Source: Felis catus
Taxonomy: Eukaryota
Assembly (NCBI RefSeq): GCF_018350175.1
Contig: NC_058368.1
Coordinates: 109,184,001-109,248,000, forward strand
DNA: 64,000 bases
Reading direction: 5' to 3'
Shown here: positions 36,501-46,200 of the stretch, in pieces
Numbering within the stretch: the stretch's first letter is position 1
Layout of the letters: each line of letters begins with the position of its first letter
Program-made: the position numbers and the translations under genes
Notes under the pieces: generated by a model
The model's input: the letters and a program-made list of their open reading frames with translations, nothing else
Database searches by the model: none
Told to the model about the DNA's origin: nothing

Positions 36501-38588
36501 CCAGCCAGAAGCACTAGAGGGCCCATATGTCCAAAAGTGCTATATTGGTCCTAGACCAGGCCCAGTCTCCCTGCTTGGTCTGTCAGCAGCCAGAGAGTAG
36601 GGACTAGGGTTTATGTGATATTTCTAAACACAGGAGTGGGCAAAAAGTAGGCATCAAAGAACAGTTACTGATAAGTGTGCTGACTGATACGAGATGGACC
36701 AAGAACCCCAATACTCAAGGATAAAAGGAGGCTGCCAACCAGATGGCCTTTGGCCAGGACCTTGGTAAACATCAAGAAAATGGAAGGCCTGGGTCTCTTT
36801 CATTATCCAGGTTCACAACTGCTTTTGCCAAGGAGAACTTTAATCCAGCCACAAACTCTGTGAAACCACAGTTTCTAAGATACTGACTTCACAAGTTCCT
36901 TTAAGAACTTGCTGAAACGATGAACTTTTCCCCCAAAAGTACAAGTCAGCCCCGTGCTCACTCCCAAATTCTGTACACCATCTCAGGGAATTCAGAGACC
37001 CCAATGAAGGGCCTCTGTGTTAACAGAAGTGACTCCCCTTGTCTCCTCCCTGCCCCAGCCCCCCAAGCCTGGAGACCAGGGCACACACCTGTGTGAATGG
37101 CCCAGCTTCGGAACAGACAGGCATCTTTGTTGATGTCCCAGCCATGCTTGGCAGCATGCTTCCATGGAATCTGGAAGATCATCTCCTCCTGAATGGCACA
37201 CATAGACACAAATATACAAGGCTGTGTCAGCTCAGAGGCCATAGGCTTTTAGCATGAGTCTGCCCGGCACCACCCCCCACAACCCCACCAACCCTGGTCT
37301 GGGAAAAGGCTGACTTCCCCTTTTCACCCTGACATCTGGTTTAGGTTGACCCATCCTGAGAATGGCTTAAACAGAGTACTCTACCACTCTAGATCTCTCA
37401 GAAGGGGCTCTGGGTTCTGAAGAACTGTGGCAACATCAGCTCAGCAGAGATCTCCCTCTGCCTGTTACAGATGTGCTGGGACCCATATAGAGCACCTTAG
37501 GATGCTCTCTGATGCTTTTCAGCACCAACATGGAGGTGAGAACTCCATCCATTAGATAGGGGCTGCTTGGGACACCTGGGACCACTGGCTCCTGCCCAGC
37601 ATATCCTGGCCATATACCTAAGGGAGCCCTGGGCCAGACTTGGATGCTAACTATGTGTGTGACCCTGGCACTGTCACTGTACCTCTTGGTCCCTCACTGG
37701 TTTCTCTTCTGTGAAATGAGCAATCACAGTGACAAATATAAGGACTAAGTCTCACTGTTATCATTACTGGTGGTTAACAGTATAGATTTTTGAGTCAGAC
37801 TTCTCGGATTCAAATCTTAGCTTTATCACTTTTTTGTACGATCTCATTACCTATCTCTCAGTGCCTCAGTTTCCTCATCTGAAAATGGAGATATTAATAG
37901 TATCTACTTCACAGGGCTACGGTGAGGATTAAAGGACACAATGTAAGTCACATTGTTAGCATGGTGTCACATTCGCTTATAGGGAGTGTGCAATAAGCAT
38001 GAGCCATCATTATTTTTATTATTACTATTAAGTCTGCAGAGTCTGTGTTACTCTTTGTGCACAAGCATGAGGTTTTTTGGGCCTGGGCAAATGGTGCAAG
38101 GTTAATTCTTGGGTCCCTTGCTGAAACAGCCGTCTTGTTGCCAGCAGTGCCCACTTCTCTGTCTCCTGTCTCTCTGACTGGAACCCTGCAGAATGCTGGG
38201 TGTTTATACGGGTCTCAGAAGAGACCAGATGGCTCTGCAGATGCTGAGAGTCCTCGTGCTGGAAACCATCATTGCCCTCACGTGGGTGTCTGTCGTGTCC
38301 ATATCAAAGAAGGGAGGAAGGCACAAGTCGGGCAAGTGGGACCCAAGACTGGCCCTTGTATACTCCCTCCATGCAGGACCGACTGGGAAGCACATATGCC
38401 TCCTCCCCATCACTTCCCTTTTTGAGCTGCATCTGAAGCTTTGGTCCCCCAAAGAACATGTGTTAAGATAGTAGCAGAAAAACCCAAAAAGTTACACTCA
38501 CTTTATTAATCCAGATCAGCCCTGGGATTTGGTTGGAATTAATCTGCATCTCTAGCCAGGGTCTCATGCGCATCCGAGTGATGGGCAT
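33475..38588 (-). CDS. IRF1: Interferon regulatory factor 1, full spliced CDS: 9 coding exons, 969 nt, 322 aa
   Basis: Joined exons translate [90 protein letters not shown]...[20 protein letters not shown]. The IRF tryptophan pentad is present (W11, 26, 38, 46, 58). Exon lengths 87+100+177+50+133+123+50+136+113=969 keep frame, and all introns are GT-AG. Confidence 0.99.
33900..34035 (-). CDS. IRF1: IRF1 exon 9
   Basis: cag/[48 protein letters not shown], donor G/gtaaga. Confidence 0.97.
34917..34966 (-). CDS. IRF1: IRF1 exon 8
   Basis: cag/[18 protein letters not shown], donor AAG/gtaagg. Confidence 0.97.
35388..35510 (-). CDS. IRF1: IRF1 exon 7
   Basis: cag/[42 protein letters not shown], donor G/gtttgt. 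Confidence 0.97.
35696..35828 (-). CDS. IRF1: IRF1 exon 6
   Basis: cag/[47 protein letters not shown], donor G/gtgagg. Confidence 0.97.
35936..35985 (-). CDS. IRF1: IRF1 exon 5 (basic NLS region)
   Basis: cag/[18 protein letters not shown], donor AAG/gtgagt. Confidence 0.97.
36099..36275 (-). CDS. IRF1: IRF1 exon 4
   Basis: tag/[60 protein letters not shown], donor G/gtatct. Confidence 0.98.
37089..37188 (-). CDS. IRF1: IRF1 exon 3
   Basis: cag/[42 protein letters not shown], donor G/gtgtgt. Confidence 0.98.
37768..38005 (+). mobile_element. MIR in IRF1 intron 2
   Basis: GTGCCTCAGTTTCCTCATCTGAAAATGGAGATA core. Confidence 0.8.
38502..38588 (-). CDS. IRF1: IRF1 exon 2, coding part (exon starts at 38593)
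   Basis: Acceptor tttacag/CCAACATG, ATG at 38588, [29 protein letters not shown], donor AAA/gtgagt. Confidence 0.98.
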
Positions 38589-39651
38589 GTTGGCTGTAAA
38601 GAGAAAACAGAGGGTCCTGTTTGGAGTCTGTTGAGCAGCCCCGAGGCACTACCCTGCCCAATCACCCCCAGGTCAGTCAGTTACTTTCCCCAGCCTTGAG
38701 CCAAGCACCAGGCACCACAATCACGGGGGAGGGGGCTTTCACTGGAATAAAACTGTCCTCCAAATATTTTCAGCGTCTTGGGCAAAAACACTTCAGCCCC
38801 TTCCCCCACATTCCTCTAAACACTTGGGAGAAGACAGGCATGCAAGTGATGGTTTCAGGATTTATGTGAAGGAAAAACAGATATAATACAAAGATATCTT
38901 AATACTAAGACTTTCCTCCTCAAATTCAAATCCTTGTGGAAGGGAGAGACTTCTTTTGGTTGACGCCAAGAAATTTCCCTACTAGAGTTGCTGCCACTAG
39001 CTGTGCACCTTCCCTAATGGCAAGCAGTCACCCAGCATTCTACCCCCACCCCCCATCCCATCTACTCTATGCGCTCTCAGACAGCCACAGTGCAGAGGCC
39101 GGGAAGGCTCTGCCCCTCCTGCCTGGCTCCCCGCCACCGCGAAGAAGCCGAAGGAACACCTGTGGCGCCTCTTCCCGTAGCCCCAGCAGGTCTGCCAGCC
39201 AACCAGGGCAGCAAGCCCCAGCCCCCCAACACCTGCACGTACAGCCTAAAATCTGAGGCCCGGGGGCGGAGCTGGGACCGCCAAAAGCCCGCGTGGGGAG
39301 CACAGGGCGCCCACGCGCGGACGTACACTCCAGTCCCCAGCAGCGCTCGTGGATGCGCGCGACAAACCTACCGAGCCACCCAGAGGCCCCGGCGGCTCCG
39401 CGCACACAGATCTGCGACAGCGGCCGGGCGCCGGCAACCTCGGCTCGTGGGCGGTCCACGCCGCGGCCCGCCCTCCCCGCGCTGCCGCTCGCAGCTCCTC
39501 CAGCGCCCTCACGAGCCCACGCGGGGGCCAGGCAACGCTGCGCGCCCGCGACTCTCCCGGCTGGGGTTGCCGGCCCCCACTTCCTGGAGCCCCGCGCGTC
39601 TTTGTTCGACGCCACCGGTTTCCCCCCCCCCCGCAGCGAAGGCGGGCTCAC

Positions 39652-39880
39652 CTCTGCAACGGGCGCGATCCAGCAGCGGCGCCCGAAGGTCCCGGCGCGG
39701 CTAGGGCAGCTGTGCCGGCGCGGGGAGCGCAATTCCGGAGGGGAGCGGCGGGAAGGCAGAGGATGCCCGGGTCGAGGGGCCGTTGGGCTCGGCTGGCTTT
39801 GGCTTGGCACTGCTCCCACTGGCCTCTGCTCGGTCGGGCTTGGACGCACGTCCTGCCTCGACGAAGGAGTGGCGCGCTCT
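39652..39880 (-). other. IRF1: IRF1 exon 1 (non-coding 5' UTR), approximate TSS at 39880
   Basis: Minus strand begins AGAGCGCGCCACTCCTTCGTCGAGGCAGGACGTGCG, which resembles the human IRF1 mRNA 5' end as I recall it. Ends GCAGAG/gtgagc donor. No upstream ATG. Confidence 0.88.
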
Positions 39881-39920
39881 GCCGGGGCAGCGGCGCCGGC
39901 GAGAAATCTAAACACTTAGC

Positions 39921-39930
39921 GGGATTCCCC
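39921..39930 (-). promoter_or_regulatory. NF-kB site of the IRF1 promoter
   Basis: GGGGAATCCC about 45 nt upstream of the TSS; matches the kB consensus. Confidence 0.92.
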
Positions 39931-39943
39931 CAACCCAAGCCCA

Positions 39944-39980
39944 GCCCCGCCTCCTAAAGAGCCGCGAGGGCGCCTATTGG
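39944..39980 (-). promoter_or_regulatory. GC box (Sp1) and CCAAT box of the TATA-less IRF1 promoter
   Basis: GAGGCGGGGC at 39944-39953 and CCAAT at 39976-39980 (minus strand), between the kB and GAS sites. Confidence 0.8.
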
Positions 39981-39997
39981 CCAGCGCCGTCCCATCA

Positions 39998-40008
39998 TTT
40001 CGGGGAAA
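39998..40008 (-). promoter_or_regulatory. GAS / pIRE STAT1-binding element of the IRF1 promoter
   Basis: TTTCCCCGAAA on the minus strand about 120 nt upstream of the TSS; this is the classical IRF1 GAS. Confidence 0.95.
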
Positions 40009-41994
40009 TCAGGCTGTTGTAGAGCTAGCGGCGAAGGGGAAGTACAGGGCGGCTGCTCCTCCCCACCCCCTCCGGCCCGGCGCCGCCGCCCTGGGGCGAC
40101 CGCGGGCCCGCCCTGTCCGCTCCCACTCCCCCCCCCCCCCACACACACACCGGTTCGCCCGGGAGAAAGCTGTCCAGGAAAGCCGAACGCCCCCGGCCCG
40201 CAGTTCCTCCCCTCACTCCGCATTCTTCCAGACTGCTGGCTCCTGTGGCCATCTCCTCACCCTCCTCTCCCTGGGAACGTCTATCTCTTGAAAGCAGGTG
40301 AGGAGGTCACCCGGACACCTGCCGTCCTCTTCAGAGTGGACACACTGGGATTGAATCCCCGTAAACTAGCGTGGTTCCTCAACCCTGCTAATGAAGGAAG
40401 GGTTTCGGCCCTCATACTACGCCTTCTTGAGGGGTGACCCACGTCCTGGTCACTCACCTGCCTTGGGGAATTAAGGGAAAGCCTACTCTGCCTGGGGTGC
40501 TGCCTGGGGCCACCGAAGGAGAGGAAATCCCGGTTTGGCTGCTGCTGTTGGCACGGCTGGAAACCTCAATCTCCTCAACTAGAAAATAACAAGAAACCCT
40601 ATTTTGCTGGTTTACGGTGACATAGAAATGATGTCTGTAAAGCACCATGCCCCCCACCTGGGCAGCAGATGCTGCTTTTGAGGTCCCTACCCAGAACCTA
40701 ACTGTGACAGAGAGGCACCTCTCCCTGTTCTGGGTCTACATCCTTGGGACTGCCCTACAGCTGACCTTAGGATAAAGAAGTGTTTCAGAGAAACTCGGAC
40801 TGCTGATTTGGAGAAGGGCTCAGGGAGCCTTTTCCTCCTTGCACTCCTGCCTTCAGCCACCTCCACAGCCTCACATGGCCCTTACATGGGAGCTCCTTAG
40901 TAGTAGCATTGATGTTGTCTCCACTTGGACCAGACAGGTTCTAGGCAGTGGGGGGGCGGAGGGGGGGGGAACGTGGAATTGCTTAGGGATGGCCAAAGCC
41001 ATGATCTGGCCAAAGAGTTGGGGAGCCCAGGTCCCAGTCCCTTGGGAAAGGCAGCTTCTTAACTCTTGTGCTTTCAAGTAGACCTTGCCCCACTTGTACT
41101 CCTAGAGGCTGAGCTGAGTTTTCCATCCAGAACTCTGGCCCAGCTGATTCCTTCCTTCACCTCCCCAAAGCTGCTGACTCAGAAGTAAATTGCTTGTCCT
41201 GGCAGGGCTAGTAGTGTCACTCTCACCCAGCTCCCCCTCCACAGCAGCACCCAGTTGCAGTGGTGCAAGCTATAAATAGACATTGATGTAGTATTGCACC
41301 CATCAGTCACTCTCCTGCCTCCCTCCTACAGAGGAAAGGTTGGCTTGATCCAATTCTGGTGCACCAGAATCTCATGCTGTGACTAACACCAAGCTTGGTT
41401 CCCAAGAGACCAATAAGAATGGGTCAGAGCCATCTCCCAGATAGTGGTGGGTGCAGCAGGTGGGAGAGGCAAAGAGGCAGAAGGAGCTCAGAAGAATGAG
41501 CCTAGCTGGTATTAAGCAAAATGGAAAAATGGAAGATGCTGAAGCTGGGGAAGGGGAAGAAGGGTTGGGGTGCTTTAAGTGACAGATGGAGTGGGAACCC
41601 ACTACAGAGATCAAGAGCTGAACAAGAAGAGCTGAAAGCAAGTGGCTCCTGACTTGTGAAGTCTGTTTTCTGTGCAGATGCTTGTCCTGTCCCTAAGAAC
41701 CTGATATGGCCACTGGAAAATTCAAAATGAGATCAGGGAAAGGAAGTTTGCATCTCATGTTGTGTCTGAAATTTACCAAAATGACCCTTTTAAAGGTATT
41801 AGGAAACTGTAAAAAGTGCTTTAAAACAATTTTAATTCACAGATAATCAGGTGTATGTGGATCTATATCTTTCCATGTCATGAAATGTACTTCTGCAATA
41901 TAATTTGTAGTGGGTATATATTATTTTCTAATAAGGATAAATAAAAATTTATCCATTAATCTCCTAATAGAGGACATTTAGGTTATTTCCATTT

Positions 41995-42028
41995 TTTCCT
42001 TTTTTTTAACTTTTTAAATTTTATTCAT

Positions 42029-42067
<39 letters not shown>

Positions 42068-42194
42068 CCTAAGCAGGCTCTGCATGGTCAGCATGGAGCC
42101 TAATGCAGGGCTCAAAATCATGAACCATGAGATCATGATCTGAGCCGAAATTAAGAGTTGGACACTCAACCGAATGAGCCCCACAGGTGTCCCT
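41995..42194 (-). mobile_element. Can-SINE
   Basis: T-rich tail, (GA)n tract, reverse head. Confidence 0.9.
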
Positions 42195-43225
42195 CCATAT
42201 TTTCCTAATACAAACAACACTGTATAATTAAATCTCTGCCCACATCAATAATTTTTTTGCTTAGGACAAATTTCCCAGTGTTTAGAATTTACTGATGAAA
42301 TTGTCCTTTACATCTTTGAAGGGCTCTTTGACTTTATTTTTAACTTTTATTTTATCTTGAAGCCTGTAAGAATCTGCTTATCATGATTGTGGGTGCTATA
42401 CTACAAATCAGTGAAGTAAAACTATACCATTTAAGTACCCCAAGTTTTTGTTGTAACTACTCTTTGAGTACCATTCTAGAATGTATCACACATTCCCTAT
42501 GATGCTAAGCAAAACAGAGTCTTCCCTAGGTTTTTCTTAGTAATTCAGGGCTAGCCCTTTTCTCCTCTTTGACTCAAAATACTCATCTTCTGTCATTCCA
42601 GCCATCCCCTCTGGGCAGGTGACCTCCAAATACAACCTTCTGGGCACTCCACTACAATCCAGTCCACCACAGATTAACACATACACAAACAGAACTCTTG
42701 GCCTCCCATATCTACACTGCCCCCAGCAGCTTTCTCTCCTCTTAATTCCAGCTCCTTCCCAGGAGAAGTCTTTCCTGTCCTCCTCCCCTCTTTGCCTCAC
42801 CTGGTCCTCTGGGTCTTCCTTCCCTGCATCTACGTGTTTTCACATTCCAGGACCAGACTGTTGTTACCACAGCTTCCCCTTGGGTCTCCCTCCCTGTCAG
42901 GCCTGCCCCTCTAGGCAACTCTGCACTACAATGATCCACCTAATTTTGTTGACCTCCCAACATTCATGTCCACCAGGAGCTTCTGAGCTTCCCCAGACTC
43001 TTCAGCCCCACATTCGAGTTGCTGCTCACTCTGGTCCCAGGGGTCCTATTCCAGCCTTATCTCCCACAGCTCACCTATCCTTGGCAGTAACGAGAGGTCA
43101 GTGGGAAGAATATAGGATTTGGGTCTGAAAGCCTGGGTTCCTGTGCTTTTGCCACTGGTGTGGCCCTAGGTAAGTTACCATCCCTCTTTGGGCCTCAGGT
43201 TTCTCATCTGTAAAAAAGATACTCT

Positions 43226-43428
43226 GGGGCACCTGGGTGGCTTAGTTCCTTAAGGGACTGACTCTCGATTTCAGTTCTAGTCATGATCTCATGGTTTGGG
43301 GGACAGAGCCACTCATCAGGCTCCTTGCTGACAGCGCAGAGCCTGCTTGGGATTCTCTTCCTCTCTCTCTGCCCCTCTCCTACTCGAGCATGCTCTGTCT
43401 CAAAAATGTAAACTTAAAAAACAAAAAA
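43226..43428 (+). mobile_element. Can-SINE inserted in a MIR
   Basis: GGGGCACCTGGGTGGCTTAG head directly after the MIR core GGCCTCAGGTTTCTCATCTGTAAAA. Confidence 0.88.
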
Positions 43429-44699
43429 GAGACATTCTGTCCATGTGCAATTATCATGAAGAGGAAATTAGATATACTATCAAACTTTCTTAATTGTAAA
43501 ACATTAGTCAAATGACACGTATTAACAATAATGCATGAACTTTTCACTGCATTTCTGTTCTGTAGTTTTCTCATGTCTCTGCTTCTTCCATTTGCTCCTC
43601 ATCTCTCTCTTACTCTGATATTTGACAACACTCTCTCCTCCCTCCTCCATCTCATTTCTCCCCCTTCCCCTCCCCACCTAACACACTTCAGTGTCAGTCT
43701 CCATTTTAAGGCTCAGAGCAAATATCTGGTCCTCTATGAAGTACTACCAAAGCTACCAAACGGAAGTCCTTCCCCTCCTCAGAATCCCCTGGCCCTTAAC
43801 TTTCCTGTTGCCTTGTCCGCACTTATCACCTTTAGGAAACCAAGTCTGCATTTTTCTGCAAGTGACCTGAATAGGTTCCTCACACCTGCACATGGTATTA
43901 GCTGAGGGTTAGCTCTGGTCTCACTCACAGAATGCCTCCCATCTATACCATTACTTAATAAGGGTAAATTTCACTGTATTAGGCCCTGGAATTTTCTAGG
44001 CTGGCAGGGCCTCCTTTGAGGTGATTTCTGCAATAGCGACAGAGGCGGAGGCGGCAAGATTACCCCTGTAGGAGGCTCTTCCCCTTGACCAATCCTGTCC
44101 TTAGCCCCCTCCCTTAGGCTCTCAGAAACACAATGTTCACCACCTGGGGCGGAGGGGGGAAGGCAAGGGGGTTGTTCCAGTTAGTTCTAAAGCTCAGGAC
44201 CCAGTCAGACCCAGTCAGGCTTTAGCCAGGTTTTTGAGACCAGGGGAATCCAGGGCCCCAGTGGGGCATGCTACCCAGAGAGAAAACCAGAGTCCCCAAA
44301 GCAAATGAACCTCAAGCATGCCTTCCATTCCAGCCTTCCAGATGCAAAGGGAGGCCTTTCTGAGATGCTCAGAATCTCTTTCAGCTATCATCTCTATTTT
44401 CACAGCAAACCTGGGAGGCAGGCAGTCCTAAACTGTGAAGTGCAGAGCACAAGTCAGGCATAAAATCATCAGAAAGCATCCATACGCTTGTAGAATCCAG
44501 CCATCATCACCCATCCTGAAAGGAGTCTAGTTGGAAGAAAGAAAGTCATTTCTGAATTCATTCAACAAATATGAATTTGCACTCCTGCTCTGGGCCAACT
44601 CCAGGTTTGGCTCAAGACTAGCCCCTCCCCTCTCACGGATCTGGCAAAAAGGCTGCATGACACAGCAGAATAAGCGTTGTGCTCTTACAAAAATCATAA

Positions 44700-46200
44700 A
44701 TACAGAGTGGGAGGCCGCAGCTGGCTGCAGCTAGGGGGTCCTGCGATGGAAGAGTGGGCCAGGAATCGCTCCGGCGCTGTGGACTCTTCCGGCCTCGGAG
44801 GAGGAGCGGGTGTCAGTGTGGGCTGCCGCTGATGCCCTGTGCAGTTTCATTTCTTATAAACACTGGGTTGGGAGGAAAGAGGCCTCAGCTCCCCATCCGC
44901 CCCCGTGGGGCCCGGGACGGGGCCGGGGGTGGGGAGGGTGCTCTGAGGCCAGGCCTGGAGGCCACGTCCCACAGTGACTCTGCATGGGAACAGCAACCTC
45001 CCCGCCCCCCACACGAATCGGTCCCGCAGTACCGCCTGGGCCCACTGTCTTTCGCCTAGATTGCCCCTGGCAGGGTCGTAGGCTTTTCTGGCGGCATCAG
45101 CACCCCTATTTCGCCCTAGGGAAGCCGAGTCCTGATCTGGAGCCCCTCGCCTCCAGGTGACCCACGCTCTCGCTGCCCCAGCCTAATATAGGGTGTGTGT
45201 GTGCGTGCGTGCAAGGGAGAGGGCACAAGCCCTACAGGCTAACTTCCACATTCCTGCTCGGCCCGGCTGGGGGTGAGTCGGGGTAAACGGCTGGCTCCAG
45301 GCTGGCCGGCTTCCTGGAAAGGGAGGGAGGGCGGAGAAACGCAAAGCCTCCCAGCCGTGCCGCCCGGGTGGCTGCCTGGGACCGCCCCACCCCCTCCCCA
45401 GCTGGCTGCCCTGCCGGTGCCAGGCGGCTCACCTGCCGCAGCCCAGGGCACTTCCTTCTCCTCCCTTGCCCAGCCTCCAGCTGCGGGCTAAGGGTTTTCA
45501 GCCGGCTCCGCAGCTCCAGGCTGTGTGAGCTCCGGCAAGCTGCTGAACTGCTGTGTCCATCATCACTCCCTCCCCCACCCGGCGTTGAAGCTAGGAACAC
45601 TCGCGGGGGCAGAGCTCTTTGTAAACGCCCCAGCCCTTCCTTCTCGCCCCTCTGGTTGGCGAGTACACAGTAGGCGCACAGAAATGGCGCCCACCTCTAT
45701 GCTGCTGCAGGGGAAGGCCGCGTTGCGCACCCCCGCTGGGGCACTCCGCGGACGGATGCAGCCCCAGCGACTCCAGTTGCACTCGAAGCTTTCCAGTGGG
45801 AGGCGTGGGTGTGCTCAGCAGCTGGGCAGAGGCTACTCGCCAGGCTTTGCGGGTGGGGGAGGGGCCGGCCGGGCCGCCCAATTGGGACCGGCCCACCCGC
45901 GCGGGCCCCAGCCCCCACGCAGAGTTCTGCGGGGCTGCGCCAGAGGGGCGGGGCCTGGGTTTCGGTTTCTTGCAAACTCCACGGCCAGAGGGAAACCGAG
46001 GAGTTTCCGGGAACCGCGCCGGGAACGCTGAGGTTCGCGCGGCGGCGTGGGGCGGGGGACGGGCGCCCGTCCAGTATCGCGGGTCAGTAGCCCTCTGGAA
46101 GTTCCAAGAGGAGCTGGGGAAAACCGGTCCCGGAAAAGCCCCACCTGAATGCACCTGCCCCAGCCCCCACCCAGGTGGGTTCCCACAGAAGGGGTGGAGT
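44700..46200. promoter_or_regulatory. Upstream CpG island; candidate interferon-responsive enhancer or promoter
   Basis: GC/CpG-rich with no recognisable coding exon. ISRE GGTTTCGGTTTC at 45958-45969, GAS TTCCGGGAA at 46005-46013 and TTCCTGGAA at 45311-45319, IRF-E AGTTTCATTTC at 44843-44853, GC box at 45945-45954, CCAATTGG at 45878-45885. Confidence 0.8.

Larger units (their letters stand above)
39100..40330. promoter_or_regulatory. CpG island over IRF1 promoter, exon 1 and 5' intron 1
   Basis: Very GC-rich with dense CpG, compared with CpG-poor flanks; boundaries by eye. Confidence 0.92.

Noticed and set aside
39067..39957. Overlapping 200-282 aa ORFs on both strands over IRF1 exon 1 / intron 1
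   Set aside because: Stop-codon depletion in a CpG island; Pro/Arg/Ala/Gly-rich with no domain; the true ATG is in exon 2
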